Of a stretch of DNA of 64,000 bases, positions 62,204 through 64,000 are shown one piece after another; positions within the stretch are counted from its first letter, which is position 1; the number at the start of each line of letters is the position of its first letter. Below the pieces are notes generated by a model. It was not told where the DNA came from, did no database searches, and was given only the letters and a program-made list of their open reading frames with translations. The stretch is from Macrostomum lignano (taxonomy: Eukaryota). The DNA lies in contig NIVC01001886.1 in NCBI GenBank assembly GCA_002269645.1, forward strand, positions 62,001 through 126,000, given 5' to 3'. A program made the translations under genes and the position numbers.

Positions 62204-64000
62204 CCGGGGCAGACTTGAGTTGAGAAGAATGAAGTGGGGGGGGAGCAGTGTGTGAGGGTTGGACAGATGAATTTAAAGCTTCCCCAATCCACTTTCTCTT
62301 TCAGAATAGTCCAAGGGAAATTGCTCACTTGCGCATAGTGGCGACTTTTCAATGTTGCTGAGGATATATATATAGCTCATATGTAATATGCAATTTTCAA
62401 CTATAACTTTTGAATTTACATATATTAAATTTGAATGAATATTCATATAAAATGATTGGACACTATGTGAGTTTCAAAGTCACTGCGCTAAAGCAATTAG
62501 TAGTTAAAGCAGGCCCAGCAATTGACACCTTTGACAGAAACTTCTCAACAGTAGCAGATATATTGTGCCTGTGGTATCACAAATCATGTCCCTATGGATG
62601 AAGGCCAATGCGAGTCCATTCAACTGCTCTTCTCTCATTGTGCTGCGCAAGTAATTCTTTAAGAATTTCAGCAAAGAGAAAGATTTTTCTCCAGTGGCAG
62701 TGTAGACAGGCAACATTGTGTAAAAGTTCAAGAAGGTGCTGACATTGGGAAACAGGTTATGGTCGCACTCCAAGATGGTCTTAGTCAAAGTTGTGGGCCA
62801 TTTCTGTGGGTCCTCCCTTTGCCAAAGTTGCATCCACTGGTTAAATTCTGCTTCAACCTCCTCTTCCTCTTGGCTTGGTAGAACTAAAGCAAAGTGCTGT
62901 ACTGATGGCTTGAGCTAAATGAATGGACTTACATGCTTTTTGGCTGTTGCTGGGATAAGGGCACTGAGTCCAGCAGCAATGTCAGAAAGGCGGGAAAATT
63001 GGTCTTGCAGATTGACCAGTAGTCTATCCAAGAAGGGAACAAAGTTGACCAAATACCAGTAGTCTTTCATATCAGTAGTAGGAAGATTGGCACAATTCTT
63101 CTGACATGCAACCTGCCTAGGAGGAGTGACATCGATTTCAATTGCCTCTGCAGTCTCAAGAATCTTCTCCCATAGCTCACCAAACTTCTCTGCAGACTCT
63201 TCTTGCTACTTCTGCAATTGCTCTTGCACATGCGCAATTAGAGTCCTGGCACTGAGCAAATCAATTGCGCTCTTCTGGAGTGCTTCTGCCAATCCCTTGG
63301 TGAGAGTCAATGTTGCATCCAGAGCCACAACTGATACCAAAAACTCTATGTCCATTGAATTAAGCAGAGCTTTTGCATTCATGGATGCTTCTGGGTTGGA
63401 ATGTTCACAAATTTCTTCAAGAGCTTGTGTCATTGGTATCAGCAAATGTCTTATTGTTTCAAACACAGCAAATACATATTTTCAATTGCTCCTTTGTGGC
63501 CTGACTTGTTGTTTCATCAGCCACAGCCAGGATGGACACAAACTTTGCACTGTTTATCCGCTCCTTCAGGCAGTCCAGAATTACTTCTCCAATGCACTCA
63601 ATCAGCTCATTCTGAATTGTCTTGCTAGTATATTTTGCGTTACTCAGTCCAGAGTGCAGATGCTCCTCTAGCCTCTTGTCTTCTGTGTCCACCATCGCTT
63701 GCAGGATCTCTCAAAAGAGACTATCATTCTGGCCTGGTTGGTCAGCAGTCTTTAGCACACTATGATCATCTTGGTGTCCCCTAAGAGCAGTTCCACTCCT
63801 TGCATAGACTAGGATGGCACGCACAATGGAGCTGAGGATATGCCTGTTCTTTGCAATCTGCTCCTGCCTCTGTGTAGCCAATTGACTATCAATATGTTGC
63901 TCTGGCATCATTCGCTTGAACTCTTGTGCTCTTAGTATATTGTCTTTATGGTAGTTTGTATGCTCATGAGCACAGAGATAGCCATTGGCTCCTAAGAGTC
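62204..64000 (-). pseudogene. Disrupted hAT transposase (Tip100/THAP12-PRKRIR/ZMYM1-like), continuing past the window end; coding remnants at about 62520-64000
   Basis: Minus-strand pieces: HEHTNYH (end of a TTF zinc finger), NRHILSSIVRAI..ALRGH, AKYTSKTIQNELI, ADETT..KEQL (first catalytic D), LTKGLAEALQK..DL, and FPNV..LPVYTATGEKSFS.L..LKNYLRSTM..LNGLAL (dimerisation domain). Multiple frameshifts and an internal deletion of the DDE middle. Possible terminus CCGGGGCAGACTTG at about 62204. Confidence 0.88.

Overview
This is a repeat-rich eukaryotic (animal) genomic window. It is most consistent with a free-living flatworm of Macrostomum type; that assignment is an inference from GC-rich exons, introns packed with tandem arrays and a flatworm-type rhodopsin GPCR. 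There are no prokaryotic features, CRISPR arrays, or rRNA/tRNA genes. Four probable protein-coding genes: (1) a 4-exon Roundabout-like receptor on + (16736-25868, 1240 aa; 5 Ig, 3 FN3, TM, proline-rich tail); (2) a 2-exon class A GPCR on - (28046-29522) with EWY in place of DRY; (3) a 111-aa ORF on - (31197-31532) that aligns by eye with the SelW/MIEN1 (Rdx) fold but lacks the redox motif; (4) an intronless peptide-receptor-like GPCR on + (37886-39064). There is also a possible small secreted-peptide ORF (49747-49992) and a decayed p38 MAPK fragment (51.5-51.9 kb). Mobile DNA: a dead 5'-truncated APE-RT-RNaseH non-LTR retrotransposon inserted in a 15-bp minisatellite, several hAT elements (two with exact 8-bp TSDs), a Merlin derivative, two Helitron-like elements, MITEs, and a tRNA-like SINE family. 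About 20 separate tandem arrays fill much of the non-coding space. The most unusual observations are: exons flanked by mutually complementary tandem arrays, arrays starting within about 5-25 nt of stop codons, and arrays visibly derived from SINE, LINE-tail and Helitron sequence. Nearly all long ORFs in the supplied track over the arrays are artefacts of stop-free repeat units. Family assignments come from motif recognition by eye, not database searches.
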